From: an uncultured virus (IMG/VR IMGVR_UViG_3300032677_000014)
Lineage: Duplodnaviria > Heunggongvirae > Uroviricota > Caudoviricetes
Length of the DNA stretch: 64,000 nucleotides
Virus record (IMG/VR): IMGVR_UViG_3300032677_000014
Direction: 5' to 3' (one strand)
A program made the position numbers and the translations under genes. The notes under the pieces were generated by a model. It saw only the letters and a list, made by a program, of their open reading frames with translations. It ran no database searches and was not told where the DNA came from. Below, one piece after another: positions 45,693-54,329 of the stretch (positions are counted from its first letter, which is position 1; every line of letters starts with the position of its first letter).

Positions 45693-46127
45693 CTATGTTG
45701 TTTGTATCGTAACTGTACCTACTGTTATCACTGGAATCAAGCTATTTGGAGTAAGCGCACGGTCAAAGTAACTTGCTCCACCTACGGGGTTCCAACCCCA
45801 TTGAAACTGCCTACTACCATCCAAAGGATATCCATACTCATCGGCATTATTGACATTTGGATCATATAAATTAGTCAATAAACCTGTATTTCCAGACTGA
45901 TAATAGCTAACATCAGGACGAGGCTCGTAAACTGCTTGTGGATCGTTTACTGGATACATGCCCAATTGTAATTGTGGCTGATCTGGATCCCAACAAGTTT
46001 TACATACCTTTACCCGATACGGCTTAGTTTTTAAGGTCTGTATCCGTAATTCCTTTAACTTATAACGCTGCGCACACCGATCACATTCGGCGATTGCATA
46101 CTTACCTGACGAGTACTTACTTGGCAT
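45693..46127 (-). CDS. Zn-finger structural-module protein
   Basis: CDRC...CKTCWDPDQPQL. Confidence 0.7.
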   Translation of the reverse strand: MPSKYSSGKYAIAECDRCAQRYKLKELRIQTLKTKPYRVKVCKTCWDPDQPQLQLGMYPVNDPQAVYEPRPDVSYYQSGNTGLLTNLYDPNVNNADEYGYPLDGSRQFQWGWNPVGGASYFDRALTPNSLIPVITVGTVTIQTT

Positions 46128-46129
46128 GA

Positions 46130-47077
46130 TTAGTTATAGTAATAAAGGTTTCTCGGTACAAATCTTAAAGATGCCTTTTCTCTATCCTCATCTGCTGCCA
46201 ATTGGAATGTCTCGTCATATGCCTGCTTTAAACCAATAATTCTGTTTGGATCTACACCCTCTAGCTTAACGCTAAGGTGATAGGCTAATCCAGCTACCAT
46301 AGCCGGTATAAAGCGGAATGGAATATCTTGAGTATTAATTCCAGATCCAGCATCTTGAATGCGGCGTAAGCGGTAGTAAACAAAAGTGTACTGATTTCCA
46401 GGTGTATTTGGTGTAGGCCAAACGTTTACACAAGGCAGTTGGTTTACAAATACTTGGGCGCCAGCATTGTGAGCTGCAGCAGTTGTGCCATTTTGACCAC
46501 GCCAAGCATTAACAATTTGATTTCCAACAATATTTTGGTATGCAATAGTTTCATCATCAATATTAATAAAGCCTTGAGTTGGAAGACCGGAGGCATCAAC
46601 TAAAGTAATCGTTGTATCCGTAGCAGATACCACAGGTGTGGTTCCTGTTGTGGCTAATGTAGTTTGCGGAATGGAAGCAATATTCCCAGACTGACGGTTT
46701 ACATACATTTGAATTGGGCGACCAGTAGCATTCTTGTTTGGAATGGTTATGTATGTAGACTCAGAAATTCTGCTTAAATTAATATCAATTTGATTGGTTG
46801 TGTAGCCGTTATATTGGCGTGTTACGGCATCCAAAATGTCAATTGTATCTACAGGAAGTGCGTAGATAGCCTGACCAGAATTCATTACAAACTGCTTTTG
46901 CTCTACTGTCCAAAGATTAATACCTTTATTTGCCCATTCAATGGTCAATAGGTTTAAAGATCTAGCAGCGGTGCGTAGATCATATCCTGTGCGAAGCTCT
47001 TTACCACACCTCTCAAAACTTTCTTCAATTATATCGTTTACATCCAAATTAAAGGAATTAGTGCCACTAGTACTCAT
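46130..47077 (-). CDS. head completion/tail tubular A-like protein with inserted domain
   Basis: GYDLRTA.RSLNL...EWANKGINLW, VWPTP, PFRFIP..VAGLAY. Confidence 0.65.
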   Translation of the reverse strand: MSTSGTNSFNLDVNDIIEESFERCGKELRTGYDLRTAARSLNLLTIEWANKGINLWTVEQKQFVMNSGQAIYALPVDTIDILDAVTRQYNGYTTNQIDINLSRISESTYITIPNKNATGRPIQMYVNRQSGNIASIPQTTLATTGTTPVVSATDTTITLVDASGLPTQGFINIDDETIAYQNIVGNQIVNAWRGQNGTTAAAHNAGAQVFVNQLPCVNVWPTPNTPGNQYTFVYYRLRRIQDAGSGINTQDIPFRFIPAMVAGLAYHLSVKLEGVDPNRIIGLKQAYDETFQLAADEDREKASLRFVPRNLYYYN

Positions 47078-47613
47078 GCTTTATTTTCCTTTAAATTTAA
47101 ACGTTTTAATGCTAATCCTATGCGAGCTGCTTCCATGCCCCGTTTTTTTGCTGAAATACTTATATTCTTGCGGTGTTCTTCAGTAAATATTTTACCAGTT
47201 TGAGCTTTTTTAAGTTTTTCTTTATGTTCATTAGATAAACTTTTTCCTTTTAAAGCTTTAACTTTAGCTTCTTGACATGCTTTAGAAACACCACGTTTTT
47301 TGGCAGCCTCAGATAATCGTTGACGTGTTTCAGGAATTGGATTAACTCCACCTTCTCCACCATCAGTAAAATTAGTCAGCTTTAGTCCAGAATCTTTTAG
47401 ACACTTAATTAGTCCTTTTTCCAGCTCAAATGCAATATCGTCTGAAGAGCATTCTAGCTTTCCAATAAGAATGTTTTCTTTTCCATATTTAGTAACTACT
47501 GCTTTATGATATGGATTACGCTCGCCTAAATACTTTGCACGACGCAATACTCCTTTACCTACATAAAAGGGAGTTCCATCTGGTTTGCAATGTATATAAG
47601 CAAAAGTAGACAT
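47074..47613 (-). CDS. GIY-YIG-like homing endonuclease with NUMOD3 repeats
   Basis: AYIH...PFYVGKG..R, E..LI, LTN.TDGGEG, EEHRKNIS. Confidence 0.85.
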   Translation of the reverse strand: MSTFAYIHCKPDGTPFYVGKGVLRRAKYLGERNPYHKAVVTKYGKENILIGKLECSSDDIAFELEKGLIKCLKDSGLKLTNFTDGGEGGVNPIPETRQRLSEAAKKRGVSKACQEAKVKALKGKSLSNEHKEKLKKAQTGKIFTEEHRKNISISAKKRGMEAARIGLALKRLNLKENKA

Positions 47614-47837
47614 TAGTCAGCCTTTTTTGTTTTCTTTTTAGCAACAGTTGTAGCTTTTTTAGCAACAGCTTTCTTAACTGCAGGCTTTTTAGCTGTACGA
47701 GTAGTAGCCTTTTTTACCTGTGGACGCTTTTCTGCAGGAACAGGGAAAGGCCAAGGAGCTGTTTCCTTTGGGTCAAAAGAAATCTCTAGCTCAGGCTTTT
47801 TAAATAAAGAGAATAATGCGCTAAATGAGAATTTCAT
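47613..47837 (-). CDS. histone H1-like Lys/Ala-rich protein
   Basis: KKATTRTAKKPAVKKAVAKKATTVAKKKTKK. Confidence 0.65.
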   Translation of the reverse strand: MKFSFSALFSLFKKPELEISFDPKETAPWPFPVPAEKRPQVKKATTRTAKKPAVKKAVAKKATTVAKKKTKKAD

Positions 47838-48016
47838 TTCTTTTTCATTCCTTTTAAAGTCTCAGCCAAACGAGCACGTTGACCAATCTTTCCTGGCTTT
47901 TTAGCCGCCGCAGCTAGCTTCTTAGCAGGAATAGTCTTTCCTTCTTTAACGCCCAGTTCTTTGCGTAATGCTCCTGGCTTCTTAATAGCTCCAGCAATCC
48001 AGTTTTTAGTTGCCAT
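47834..48016 (-). CDS. small basic protein
   Basis: WIAGAIKKPGAL...RARLAETL. Confidence 0.7.
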   Translation of the reverse strand: MATKNWIAGAIKKPGALRKELGVKEGKTIPAKKLAAAAKKPGKIGQRARLAETLKGMKKK

Positions 48017-48273
48017 TATTTTTTCCTCGCTGCTCTGATGTTATCGACTAAATTTGGGTAAGGCCTGCCAGCTGCTTTAGCCATTGCTTTGGCTTTAGCT
48101 TTCTTTTCTGGTGTCAGCGCCTTAGGTTTACCTAAACCTTTAGGGCGTGGCTTATTCCAAACCTCGCCGCCTTTAGCGTATTCTGTGAAGTCTGTATCAT
48201 CACGGCGAGCTTTAATCTTTGGCTTTCCCATTTTAGAGGGGTTAATATCCCCCATGCCACGAGACGGTCTCAT
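48016..48273 (-). CDS. small basic protein
   Basis: SRGMG.INPSK, YAKGGEV, AGRPYPNLVDN. Confidence 0.7.
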   Translation of the reverse strand: MRPSRGMGDINPSKMGKPKIKARRDDTDFTEYAKGGEVWNKPRPKGLGKPKALTPEKKAKAKAMAKAAGRPYPNLVDNIRAARKK

Positions 48274-48614
48274 TTTGTCTTACCACCGTAACACATCTTT
48301 TTGACATGCTCGTGATGCATTTTGTGACCAGCAGAGTGTGTAGAAACCTTCTCTTGCTCGTGCTTATGACCAGCAGAGTGTTTCTTAACGTGCTCCATAT
48401 GATGTTTGTGTTCCATAACTTTTCCGCCTTTTTTCATGCCAGTTGCGTTTGGAGTAACAACGTCGCCCATTGGATTGACATTGGGGATATTCTGCTCAGT
48501 TGTACCAAACATTTTGTAATCACGTTCTGCTTCTTGACGAATGCCACGTTCTTTATTGGCTTTCTCATAGGCTTCTCGCTTTTGCTTTTCCTTACCGGTT
48601 TCTGTATAAGGCAT
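48270..48614 (-). CDS. small basic His-rich protein
   Basis: MKKGGKV then HKHHMEHVKKHSAGHKHE... Confidence 0.65.
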   Translation of the reverse strand: MPYTETGKEKQKREAYEKANKERGIRQEAERDYKMFGTTEQNIPNVNPMGDVVTPNATGMKKGGKVMEHKHHMEHVKKHSAGHKHEQEKVSTHSAGHKMHHEHVKKMCYGGKTK

Positions 48615-48616
48615 GA

Positions 48617-49168
48617 TTAGCACTTACCGCCTTTTTTCATCATTACTTGTGTGCCTTTGGTTTTGCCACGCTCAGCACAACCGTCAGCACGTGCAGATGC
48701 CGTACCACCTTTAGCCATTTTCTTAGCGCCACTCATAATGCCTTTGATTGGGCCTGTATCGCCAAGGTTCTTGCCTTTAGTATGACCACGCTTTTGTACA
48801 GCGCTTTCACCAAATTTTAAAAGCTTGTTTGAACCAGCTTCTACTTCTTTAGACATTGATCCTGCTTTAGGAGTCTTATCGTATTTCATAATGCCACCTT
48901 CCTTTTTACCTACAAATTTGTTTAAATTAGTATTTGGGGCACTTTTTTGATATCCCAAAGTACTTCCACGCCGAGTTTCCTGCTTGTTAATCATTCCCTG
49001 ACCGCCACGGGTTATATTAACATTACCGCCTAAACCAAACTTCCTACCCTTATCAGCTTCCGCAAAATCTTTTCCTACACTTTGCGGTATACCAACTTTC
49101 TTAGCAAACTTTTTGCTATGAGCTACAGCTTCCATTAAATTATGCTGAGCTTTACTTTTGCTAGGCAT
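48617..49168 (-). CDS. small basic protein
   Basis: MPSKS..QHNLM.AVAH..FAKKVGIPQSVG; RADGCA.RGKTKG. Confidence 0.7.
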   Translation of the reverse strand: MPSKSKAQHNLMEAVAHSKKFAKKVGIPQSVGKDFAEADKGRKFGLGGNVNITRGGQGMINKQETRRGSTLGYQKSAPNTNLNKFVGKKEGGIMKYDKTPKAGSMSKEVEAGSNKLLKFGESAVQKRGHTKGKNLGDTGPIKGIMSGAKKMAKGGTASARADGCAERGKTKGTQVMMKKGGKC

Positions 49169-49428
49169 TATTTACTCCAAAATCCTTGAAACAAATTAGC
49201 CATAATAGCGCCAATTAAAGCTGCTGCTCCGCCTACACCGAGCAATAATCGCCAACCGCCATGAGCTTCAGCAAGAGTTTTTTGGATAGCTTGGATGGCT
49301 TCTTTGATCTCCTTCATCTCATTAACCATCTTATCCATATCTGCCTGTAAATGCTCAATATCGTTAGCGTGCGTAGCTAGCTCCCTAGCTGTTGAAATTG
49401 GGTCAATATCATTCATTTGCAATTCCAT
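49168..49428 (-). CDS. coiled-coil + C-terminal TM protein (XhlA-like; start may be a few codons later)
   Basis: RELATH...coiled coil...GGWRLLLGVGG. Confidence 0.6.
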   Translation of the reverse strand: MELQMNDIDPISTARELATHANDIEHLQADMDKMVNEMKEIKEAIQAIQKTLAEAHGGWRLLLGVGGAAALIGAIMANLFQGFWSK

Positions 49429-49673
49429 CTTTTCAAGCTAGCCGCCTTACGAGTAGGACGACCTTTTTCATCTTTCATCGGACCGGGCATTCCAGACATC
49501 CTTGCACAGAACGACTTCTTTCTTGCTCCGCCTTGAGGCTGTGGTGCTTTTAAATGAGAGCCAGTAGCCGCATTATACTTAGCACGACCCTTGGCGGTAA
49601 GCCCAGCGCCCTTAGATACAGGCAACTTTTCACCACGCCCAACTGCAAGCGAGACACTTTTTTTCTTAGCCAT
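49413..49673 (-). CDS. small basic protein
   Basis: GAGLTAKGRAKYN..TGS.LKAP..RKKSFCARM...RWNC. Confidence 0.7.
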   Translation of the reverse strand: MAKKKSVSLAVGRGEKLPVSKGAGLTAKGRAKYNAATGSHLKAPQPQGGARKKSFCARMSGMPGPMKDEKGRPTRKAASLKRWNCK

Positions 49674-50205
49674 ACTGAACTGTTTGATACGTAATGTTTG
49701 ATACCACTACATAAATACCATTAGTTGCTAGCATACCCTCACCTTGAAATAATACTTGGAATGGTTGAACTGCAGTACCAGTATTATAACTAGTCATCCA
49801 TCTATTGGTGCTAGCATTTGGATTAGGGTTGGTATTTGAAACATAATTGCAAGCCGTTCCAGTAGCAATTGTTCCGGAGTTAATATCGGTAATTGTAAAG
49901 GTATTAGGGCCTGTAACAGTAATAATATAATTACCAGCAGTAGCAGAAACAGCGGAAACAGCGGCAAAAGTAATTCCAACTTCTTGACCTGATGTTAAAC
50001 CGTGGGCAGTTTGCGTTACAGTAACGGTAGTTCCAGAACGACCATAAGTTCCAGTAGTAACTGGCGCTATAGCAGTATCAAATACATCAATACCACCGGC
50101 AGTACCATTGCCTTGGTAAACTATGTTTTTTAAACGAGTACGCCCAACAAACATAAAGCCAGAACCGCTAAGGTGCGAGCCTCTTACGTCATATTGCATT
50201 GTCAT
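49666..50205 (-). CDS. structural protein with inserted beta domain
   Basis: TTVTVTQTAHGLTSG...NTFTIT insertion; AGGAG RBS. Confidence 0.65.
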   Translation of the reverse strand: MTMQYDVRGSHLSGSGFMFVGRTRLKNIVYQGNGTAGGIDVFDTAIAPVTTGTYGRSGTTVTVTQTAHGLTSGQEVGITFAAVSAVSATAGNYIITVTGPNTFTITDINSGTIATGTACNYVSNTNPNPNASTNRWMTSYNTGTAVQPFQVLFQGEGMLATNGIYVVVSNITYQTVQYG

Positions 50206-50261
50206 AATTAATCTCCTAAAGATTTAAGTGGGCTAGGGAAAACCCTAACCCGTAAGATTAA

Positions 50262-50756
50262 TTACACTGCCTGTACGCTAGAGTCAGCAACAAAGTACTC
50301 AATCCAACCAGAGCAACTACCAGATGCGGAACCGTTGGCAGCAGAAGTAATCACAACCAAGTTTGTTGTGTTAGCTACAGCGCCTACGCTATTGCCTGCG
50401 CCTGTACCAGCAGTACCAGTAGAAGAGCGAGCAGCAATAGATTTAGCTACAAACAATCCTGTTGGAACTGGTGTGCCAGTTATGGTATTTTGACCAGGAC
50501 CTACGCCAGATAATGGGGTAAAGCCCATGTCGATTGTTCCTGTGCCAGTTGTATTAATAATAATGCTAGTTACTACTGCGTTTGCTGGTAGAATAACTGT
50601 GTTGTTTTGTAGGCTTGAAGATACCACTACGTTTGCTGATGCTGCTGCATTAGCTACATAGAAAGGCACTGCCATTCTCATTGAGCCAGCTGCTGCGGTG
50701 CGAGTTTGATCGCCACCTGTTGAACGCCATACGGCTGAGGTTGTTGCTGTTGTCAT
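50262..50756 (-). CDS. structural protein (capsid-associated)
   Basis: ILPANAVVT.I motif; ATG at 50756 after AAGGAC. Confidence 0.65.
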   Translation of the reverse strand: MTTATTSAVWRSTGGDQTRTAAAGSMRMAVPFYVANAAASANVVVSSSLQNNTVILPANAVVTSIIINTTGTGTIDMGFTPLSGVGPGQNTITGTPVPTGLFVAKSIAARSSTGTAGTGAGNSVGAVANTTNLVVITSAANGSASGSCSGWIEYFVADSSVQAV

Positions 50757-50760
50757 AATA

Positions 50761-50840
50761 AATTGTCCTTCGTACAAAGATCAGCTAGCCAGTTGTGTAC
50801 GCATCTGCCGGGACAGTCTGGAAAGCCGGTTTACCCGGTC
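50761..50840 (-). ncRNA. candidate pseudoknotted 5' leader RNA
   Basis: minus-strand pairings CCGG/CCGG, CCAG/CUGG, CUGU/GCAG, CGUACA/UGUACG, UGUCC/GGACA (the last covers the RBS). Confidence 0.5.
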
Positions 50841-50847
50841 TATTAGG

Positions 50848-50875
50848 ATATTACTACAAATAAATATATTTGCAA
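50848..50875 (-). promoter_or_regulatory. putative sigma70 promoter downstream of the capsid terminator
   Basis: TTGCAA-16bp-TAATAT on the minus strand. Confidence 0.45.
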
Positions 50876-50887
50876 GGGAAAACCCCA

Positions 50888-50918
50888 AAGAAAAACCCCG
50901 CTTTTTGAGCGGGGCTTC
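50888..50918 (-). terminator. Rho-independent terminator after the major capsid gene
   Basis: minus strand CCCCGC-TCAAAAA-GCGGGG-TTTTTCTTT. Confidence 0.8.
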
Positions 50919-50936
50919 CTGTACTAGAGGTGCTTA

Positions 50937-51845
50937 TTAAGCGCCTGCAGAACCGTACATTCCGAGTGGATCAGACCAGCCGAATGAATAACGCTCACGA
51001 GACTTGTAACGAACGTTACCAGTATCGAAATCGCCGTCCATAGAGTTCTGGAGAGGAACACGCTCGAAGTGCTTCATGCCGTTTGGAACATCAGTTGTCA
51101 AGAACCATGCGTTTGTGTCGGTCAAGAAGTGGTTAATTGCGTAACCTTCTGGAATCGAACCATTGTTCTTCAATGCGTTGATGTCATTGTCGTTTGTACC
51201 AACACGCAATTCAGTCTCTAGCAAGCGAGTTGCAACGAACTGTAATGCAGGTGGAACAACCAATTTACGTGGCTTAGCAGCGATCAAGAGTGAACGCTCA
51301 TCTGTCCACAAGCTGATTTGAATAACGGCGGCTTCCAAAGAAGTCTCGTTTAAGTCAGCTGGAGTGGATGGGATGTTGCTGTTTGTACCGCCAGAAACTA
51401 ATGGGTGAGCACTAGAGAACAAAGGTTGACCGTCACCACCGTTATAACCGGATGTGAAGCCGTTGTTCAATACTGCAGCAGCCTTAACTTGCTTGGTATA
51501 AGCCATAGAACGAGCCAATGCCTTAGTATAACGAGCTGACAAAGAGTCATACAAGTTATCTTCGATAGCTTCTTCAGTTAAGCTGAAGCCCATTGCGATT
51601 GTTTCATGGTTGTAACGAGCAGTCCATGCTTCTTGACCGTTGTCATAAGCGATGGCAGAGCCTTCGTTTTTGACTGGAGCGGCGCTAAAGCCAGACAGTT
51701 TAGTTTCTTCTTCGAAGGAACGCTCAGAGGTCTCTGTTTCATAGATCTCTTTATGTTCTTCACCATATTTTGCATACTCAAGTCCGAACAAAGCGTTCAG
51801 GCCTGGGAGCAACTCTTTTAGTAGTTGTGCACGAGAAATAGCCAT
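50937..51845 (-). CDS. major capsid protein
   Basis: MAISRAQLLKELLPGLNALFG; KPRKLVVPPALQF; DGDFDTGNVRYKSRERYSFG; followed by a terminator. Confidence 0.9.
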   Translation of the reverse strand: MAISRAQLLKELLPGLNALFGLEYAKYGEEHKEIYETETSERSFEEETKLSGFSAAPVKNEGSAIAYDNGQEAWTARYNHETIAMGFSLTEEAIEDNLYDSLSARYTKALARSMAYTKQVKAAAVLNNGFTSGYNGGDGQPLFSSAHPLVSGGTNSNIPSTPADLNETSLEAAVIQISLWTDERSLLIAAKPRKLVVPPALQFVATRLLETELRVGTNDNDINALKNNGSIPEGYAINHFLTDTNAWFLTTDVPNGMKHFERVPLQNSMDGDFDTGNVRYKSRERYSFGWSDPLGMYGSAGA

Positions 51846-51858
51846 TTAAACGCTCCTA

Positions 51859-52467
51859 TTAAGCTAAAGTAATACCAGTTGGGTTGTTATACTGTTGTGT
51901 GTTGATCTTAACGATAACTTCACAGAAAGTTGTGGAAGTAACGTTAGTATCAGGCACCACAGCGATAACACGCCAAGGTAAGGTTGATGTACTGTTACCG
52001 CTAGCAGCAGTAACCCAAGCACCACTGTCACCAGTAGTTGTAGAACCTGTACCTACATAGTAGGACATGTTTGTACCAACTGCGTTCTCTTGAACAGTTG
52101 TAACTGTGCCGTTAGCATAGGCAACTGCTACTTTGAATGCAGCCATAGGATCGTCAACAACATAGGCAATTGCGTTGGTTACTGAAGTACCAGGATAGTA
52201 CTGAGCTTCAACGGTCTGACCTGAGCTGTTTACATATTGACAACCAACAAATACACCAGCGATGGTTGCAGAAGTTACTTCAGAACCTGAAGTAGATGAT
52301 TTTGCTACTGTACCACCAACGACGATAGCAACTGGGTCACCGTTATAAATCGCAGTATTGTAATTGCTTGCGATTGGGATTTGACGGATAGCGCCAGCAT
52401 ATGGCAGGCCGTCAATACGGTTTACAGGCTTAAAGCCGTAGGGGTTACTAACGATGGGATAAGCCAT
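51859..52467 (-). CDS. capsid decoration/cement-like protein
   Basis: PYGFKPV..., IYNGDPV, GVFVGC.Y; immediately upstream of the MCP. Confidence 0.65.
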   Translation of the reverse strand: MAYPIVSNPYGFKPVNRIDGLPYAGAIRQIPIASNYNTAIYNGDPVAIVVGGTVAKSSTSGSEVTSATIAGVFVGCQYVNSSGQTVEAQYYPGTSVTNAIAYVVDDPMAAFKVAVAYANGTVTTVQENAVGTNMSYYVGTGSTTTGDSGAWVTAASGNSTSTLPWRVIAVVPDTNVTSTTFCEVIVKINTQQYNNPTGITLA

Positions 52468-52490
52468 TATTAAACTCCTAAAATTAAAAT

Positions 52491-52940
52491 TTAACTACCT
52501 TTACCAAAGGTCGTCGTAGATTTCCGCTCATTAAAGAGAGGCATCCTTGGGTCACTTTGGCGCATTAAATTGTTATCAACTGCATTGGTTTGGTTGTCGC
52601 TTTGTCTAATGTAATATTCATTACGTTGTTCAACAAGCTCTTCAGGTGCCTTGCAGAGTAATAACCCGCCAATCTCAATATTGTCTTTATAACGACTATT
52701 GGGATCAGCTAACAGTTGAAATTTTGGTTGTTCCTCAAGTCTTACTGGCTCCCAACCTTCACGCATTTTGGCGGAAAGATTACGGGGATCAGCCGAGTTC
52801 AACGTGGAAACACGTATCCAACGATAAGCGTAACCCGCCTGTTTGTCAGGCTCTGGTAGCAATTCTGCAGGTGCCCACTGTTTAGGGCGCTCGGTTGTTG
52901 CACGGGTTTCTACTTCACGGTCAATTCTTTTTTCAGCCAT
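52491..52940 (-). CDS. conserved head-module protein
   Basis: YRWIR....D..N....REGWEPV, IGGLLLCK. Confidence 0.7.
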   Translation of the reverse strand: MAEKRIDREVETRATTERPKQWAPAELLPEPDKQAGYAYRWIRVSTLNSADPRNLSAKMREGWEPVRLEEQPKFQLLADPNSRYKDNIEIGGLLLCKAPEELVEQRNEYYIRQSDNQTNAVDNNLMRQSDPRMPLFNERKSTTTFGKGS

Positions 52941-52941
52941 G

Positions 52942-53910
52942 TTAGGCCTCCATTTTTAAAAGTTCACGGACATACTGCTCTGGGGATAAGCCAAGTTTTT
53001 TCGCTATTGCTACTTGCGATTGAGATAACCTGACTTTTTTAGGCGCCGTCGTCCTAGTTGCCGGAGCTACTACCGTGCTCGACTTTGCTTTTGGACCGTC
53101 TGCCTTTTGCTTTGTCGGTACTACTTCAGCTTCTTCTACTTCATCGTCGAAGTTTTCTGGAAACCGTTTACGCATAGTCTTGTCCAACTTTGCGTAATAA
53201 TCATCAGAACCAATTTGCACACCTTGGCGCTTGAGCTTTTCGTGTAGCCCTAACGCTGCTGCAGTCATTTCCTCGTCCTGTCCGAACCAAGGATTTTTTT
53301 CCTGCCATTCCATCACCTTATCGTCAAGGCGTGGTGCAACTTGAGTCTGTTGTATGCTTTGTACAGGAAATTCTTCAACCTGTAAAGCTGGTGCTTGAAA
53401 ACGCTGCGCACGGTCTAAAGCTAAGGTAGCTTCTGTGACCTTTTGCTGAGCTTCCATCATCTTGTCGGTATCGCCAGCCTCATAAGCCTGTTTATAGGCT
53501 TCTTTAGCTAGTGCCAATTTCATGCTGGTAGAGTCTGTAATAGCCTCTTTGTACTCTTTTCCGCCTGCATTAAGCATACTTTTAATACGCTTGTTCTCTT
53601 CATATAGGCGTTGAGCAGCATCTAAGGCAGCCTGTTGCTCACGTTGAGCCTGTTCTTTAGCACGGCGCTCGTCGTTCCAGACACGCTTCATCTGGATCAT
53701 CTTGTCCTTTGCTTCTTGGCTATATTTGTCGAGTTCGTTAACCTCAACTTCTAAGGCCTTAACTTTCTCTGGATCGGCTGGAACACGTCCACGATCTATC
53801 TCTGGTGTATCGTCTTCAATTTCAATCTCCAGCTCAGAGCCTTCTGCTTCTACTTCAGCAACTGGCGCTTCATCTGGAAACTTAAATTCATCTTCTTTAA
53901 AACTAGGCAT
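52942..53910 (-). CDS. capsid scaffolding protein
   Basis: acidic N-terminus, coiled coil, W.EKNPWFG, LS.SQVAIAKKLGLS.EQY. Confidence 0.75.
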   Translation of the reverse strand: MPSFKEDEFKFPDEAPVAEVEAEGSELEIEIEDDTPEIDRGRVPADPEKVKALEVEVNELDKYSQEAKDKMIQMKRVWNDERRAKEQAQREQQAALDAAQRLYEENKRIKSMLNAGGKEYKEAITDSTSMKLALAKEAYKQAYEAGDTDKMMEAQQKVTEATLALDRAQRFQAPALQVEEFPVQSIQQTQVAPRLDDKVMEWQEKNPWFGQDEEMTAAALGLHEKLKRQGVQIGSDDYYAKLDKTMRKRFPENFDDEVEEAEVVPTKQKADGPKAKSSTVVAPATRTTAPKKVRLSQSQVAIAKKLGLSPEQYVRELLKMEA

Positions 53911-53921
53911 CGTCCGCCTCC

Positions 53922-54329
53922 TTAAATAAATTTACGTTTAATTCCACGTGGGTCCTGCACGACTGCTTCTACAGAATCGTCGTTTATGATTCTGAATTCA
54001 CGGTCATGGATTACCAAGCGGGTTCCTGCATTTGGGCGCACAAGGATAAAGTCACCCTTTTTGCACCATGGGCCATTAGGAAAACGATCCTTATCAGCGT
54101 AGCAATCTGGGCCTAAGTCGACCACAAACAGAACGGTTGTTAAAATTTCGTCATTTCTAAGGGTTTCGTCAGCTTTTAGAAGTCCACTGTCAAACTCCTT
54201 TTCAGCTTCAGGGATAGCACATAAAATGCGATATCCTTGCGGGATTGGGAGCTGTTTTGCTCTTTCTTCCGCTGTTTTAGCCATAATTGCAGCTAAGTCT
54301 ACTGCTTGGCTAAGGTTAACTTCATTCAT
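53922..54329 (-). CDS. GroES-like co-chaperonin
   Basis: PQGYRIL, SGLL, VVDLGPD, KKGDFIL, FRIINDDSVEAVV. Confidence 0.8.
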   Translation of the reverse strand: MNEVNLSQAVDLAAIMAKTAEERAKQLPIPQGYRILCAIPEAEKEFDSGLLKADETLRNDEILTTVLFVVDLGPDCYADKDRFPNGPWCKKGDFILVRPNAGTRLVIHDREFRIINDDSVEAVVQDPRGIKRKFI

